Below are positions 25,931 to 27,921 of a stretch of 27,921 bases of DNA, piece after piece. The position numbers and the translations under genes were made by a program. The DNA lies in assembly GCA_031416315.1 (NCBI GenBank), contig JANOTL010000114.1, forward strand, positions 1 to 27,921, given 5' to 3'. The stretch is from Pseudomonadota bacterium (lineage in GTDB: Bacteria > Bdellovibrionota_B > Oligoflexia > Oligoflexales > CAIYRB01). Position 1 is the stretch's first letter, and every line of letters begins with the position of its first letter. The notes beneath the pieces are model-generated. The model saw only the letters and a program-made list of their open reading frames with translations, was not told the DNA's origin and searched no databases.

Positions 25931-25967
25931 GGCCTATCCTCCAAAAGGGGAAAGCTCCCCTCCCAAA

Positions 25968-25995
25968 GGATCGGCCCGAGTCCCCCTTTTCCTTA
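25968..25995 (-). promoter_or_regulatory. Sigma-28-like promoter
   Basis: Minus strand TAAGG (25991-25995)-N15-GCCGATCC (25968-25975). Confidence 0.55.
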
Positions 25996-26025
25996 GGAGA
26001 CCAGGTGGCGACTAGAAGTCCCGGC

Positions 26026-26496
26026 TCAATCGACCGCTTCGGCTTCCGAAACCGGGTCGTCGATCGTCAGGGCGATCCGCGGCCGGCTGGACGCGATCGG
26101 CGTGCCGAAGTCGACGCCGTCCAGGGACACCTTGGTGATTCCCGGGTAACGTTTCTCCAGCGCCGCCACCGCCTCTTCCGGCGTCACGAAGATCGGCGAG
26201 CGCGCGGTGAAGTCGTAAGCTTCGAGTAGGCGTCGCGGCTTCTCCATCACGCCGGCGAAGACGAACGGATATTTGAGGCGTTTGGAAAGCTGCAACAGCT
26301 CCTCCAGGAACGCCGGACAGATCTCTTTTTCGTCCTGCAAATCGATGACGACGTACTTCACTTCCGTCGCCATCAACCAGTTGTGCACTGCGACGGCGAA
26401 GTCCGTGCAGTTGCCGCAAACCGCGCGATTCGCGCAGCAGGAGTTGATGACGTTGAAGACGACCGTGCCGTGCAGGTTCTCAGGGACCAGATCCAT
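26026..26496 (-). CDS. STAS/anti-sigma-antagonist-like protein with a cysteine cluster
   Basis: Likely start ATG 26496 (MDLVPENLHGTVVFNV). STAS-like pattern YVVIDL...FLEELLQL...FVFAGV...RRLLE...IFVTPEEAVAAL. Confidence 0.6.
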   Translation of the reverse strand: MDLVPENLHGTVVFNVINSCCANRAVCGNCTDFAVAVHNWLMATEVKYVVIDLQDEKEICPAFLEELLQLSKRLKYPFVFAGVMEKPRRLLEAYDFTARSPIFVTPEEAVAALEKRYPGITKVSLDGVDFGTPIASSRPRIALTIDDPVSEAEAVD

Positions 26497-26590
26497 GCGG
26501 TTTTGTCCACAAATCCGGAGGTTTCGACCGGCGCGCCAGCCGCTGTAAATGAGACGTATGGGCAGTCTTATTAAAGACGCGGCGCACGGG

Positions 26591-27076
26591 TCAAGGGAAT
26601 TGGGTCCCACCGAAGCGACCACGTTGGTCGATCCAGCGCCCGATGAGCTCTCTTTTGATTGATATCAGGGACTTCCCTGCGATCTCAGCGCGGAGCTTTG
26701 GCACCGCCTCCGCGAACATGAGACGCAACTCTTCCTCCGAGGGCGCGGTCACAAGGCGCGGCTTCATCCGCAAGGGGACCATTTCTTCGCCGACGAGCTC
26801 GAGGAGGCGGGCGTCCTTCTTAGCGTCCAACACGCCACTGCGTACGAGCTCGGCGTAGCCGACGTCGACCGCGAGGTCGAGGCGCACCTGCCACAAGACC
26901 TTGTTCGCGTCGCCGGGCGCGGGAATATGCGTGACTTCCAGCGCCAAACGCCAGTCCAGGCCGTCGCCGTCGCGCACGGAATCGTAGCGATTCTCGCTGA
27001 GCCAACGCTCGACCGCCGCTAGCGCGCTCGCGAGCGATGCGACCGCGGGGCGCGATGGCCGGCGCGACGGATCCAT
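26591..27076 (-). CDS. Hypothetical protein
   Basis: Protein-like ORF filling the gap. The start is uncertain; 27076 avoids overlap with the divergent lptE-like gene. Confidence 0.55.
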   Translation of the reverse strand: MDPSRRPSRPAVASLASALAAVERWLSENRYDSVRDGDGLDWRLALEVTHIPAPGDANKVLWQVRLDLAVDVGYAELVRSGVLDAKKDARLLELVGEEMVPLRMKPRLVTAPSEEELRLMFAEAVPKLRAEIAGKSLISIKRELIGRWIDQRGRFGGTQFP

Positions 27077-27092
27077 GATATCGCTGGGAGCC

Positions 27093-27755
27093 ATGAGCAA
27101 GGTGTCCTTTTTACGCATCCTACCGCAGCTTGCGCCGCTCGTCTTCACGACTGGCTGCGTCTATCGTTTCACCAACGACCACGTCCGGCGCCCCGAGGGC
27201 ATCCGGACCATCGCCATCGAGGCGGTTTACGACACCACCCGCGAGGTCGTGCCCCACGAGCTCCTGTGGGCGAGCCTGCAGGAAGCCTTCGCCACCGACG
27301 GGCACTTGACCCTCGTGCCCCAGTCCGAGGCGGACGCCCTCGTGCGCGCCCATCTGAAGGACGCCTCGGTCGGCGCCTCGGGTTCGGTCTCGCCGAACTC
27401 GAACCTCAAGGACCCGGTGACCGACATCACGGCGCCGGACCTGGGGGCGCCGCCGTCCCCGAGGAAGTGGCGGAAGCTGACGCAGGCGGGCGAGATCAAG
27501 GACCGGGGCGCCGTCGCCTTCGCGGTCGACGTCGAGGTCTGGAGCTTGCGCACGCGCGCTTTGCTGATGCGCCAGACCTATGCGCTGAGCGGCGGCTTTT
27601 TCGCCGTGCACTCCAACGGCTCCGGCAACCCGGACACCTCGGTCACGACGCGCGCCAACGACTACCTGCGCTACGAGGAGAGCATGGAGGCTCGCTTCAA
27701 GCAGCTCTCGGGCGACTTGGCCCAGCGTGTCGTAAAAGACCTGCTGGTCCAGTAA
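27093..27755 (+). CDS. lptE: LPS-assembly lipoprotein LptE-like
   Basis: GGGAG SD before ATG 27093, then lipobox TTGC-VYRF, GIRTIAIEAVYDTT, EADALVRAHL and a C-terminal helix LSGDLAQRVVKDL. Confidence 0.62.
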   Translation: MSKVSFLRILPQLAPLVFTTGCVYRFTNDHVRRPEGIRTIAIEAVYDTTREVVPHELLWASLQEAFATDGHLTLVPQSEADALVRAHLKDASVGASGSVSPNSNLKDPVTDITAPDLGAPPSPRKWRKLTQAGEIKDRGAVAFAVDVEVWSLRTRALLMRQTYALSGGFFAVHSNGSGNPDTSVTTRANDYLRYEESMEARFKQLSGDLAQRVVKDLLVQ

Positions 27756-27756
27756 C

Positions 27757-27786
27757 TAGACCCTGGCGCGAAAGCGCCAGGGTCTA
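27757..27786 (+). terminator. Perfect 13-bp hairpin with a GAAA tetraloop just after the lptE-like stop
   Basis: tagaccctggcgc-gaaa-gcgccagggtcta. There is no U-tract, so terminator function is uncertain. Confidence 0.6.
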
Positions 27787-27808
27787 TCCCGAGCGGAGCG
27801 AGGGATCT
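27786..27808. repeat. REP-like small palindromic element
   Basis: atcccgagcggagcgagggatct resembles the widespread extragenic (GTC)ATCCYGAGCGNAGCGARGGATCT type of repeat. Single copy in this window. Confidence 0.45.
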
Positions 27809-27921
27809 CGGCGATTACACCTGCGCCGCCGCTTCCCGGCACCATCATGGGGGGGGCAGCTCGGAAGAAGTCGCATGAAGAGCGACGCGGCAACACTGGC
27901 CGCCGGGTACGCCTCTGTCCT

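Noticed and set aside
25931..26000. Attenuator or riboswitch (AAAAGGGG able to pair with CCCCUUUU as an antiterminator)
   Set aside because: The putative antiterminator strand lies in the spacer of the sigma-28-like promoter, and no known aptamer motif is recognisable.
27815..27921. Possible ncRNA (RNase P/6S/tmRNA end) or G8 phase-variation tract at 27849-27856
   Set aside because: No diagnostic conserved motif matches, and the region is cut by the window edge, so it cannot be assigned.

Overview
High-GC bacterial chromosomal DNA, densely coding (about 27 genes), with no rRNA, tRNA or CRISPR array that I can see. The gene content suggests a Gram-negative Bdellovibrionota/Oligoflexia-like lineage (inference). 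Housekeeping and signalling genes: a PaaK-family ligase plus MFS transporter, a 4-gene BMP-type nucleoside ABC transporter, purU, apaH, proC, a PilZ protein, a CHASE2 class III cyclase and an LptE-like lipoprotein. These are interleaved with cell-envelope genes: six further predicted lipoproteins, a signal-peptide-bearing phage-tail-fibre-like protein with four GxVGIGT joints, and a divergent pair of FadL/PorV/TraF-like beta-barrels. Main observations: (1) a recurring sigma-28/FliA-type promoter motif upstream of at least six of these genes, one of them tandemly duplicated and three placing an ATG at about +1; (2) a proline-stalked lipoprotein carrying an FrpC-like self-processing module with Ser-Pro where FrpC has the scissile Asp-Pro; (3) a lipoprotein plus mosaic fibre bicistron; (4) a ~615-bp IS5-derived non-autonomous element with unusually long inverted arms; (5) a STAS-like protein with a cysteine cluster. 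All family calls come from motif recognition by eye, not from database searches.
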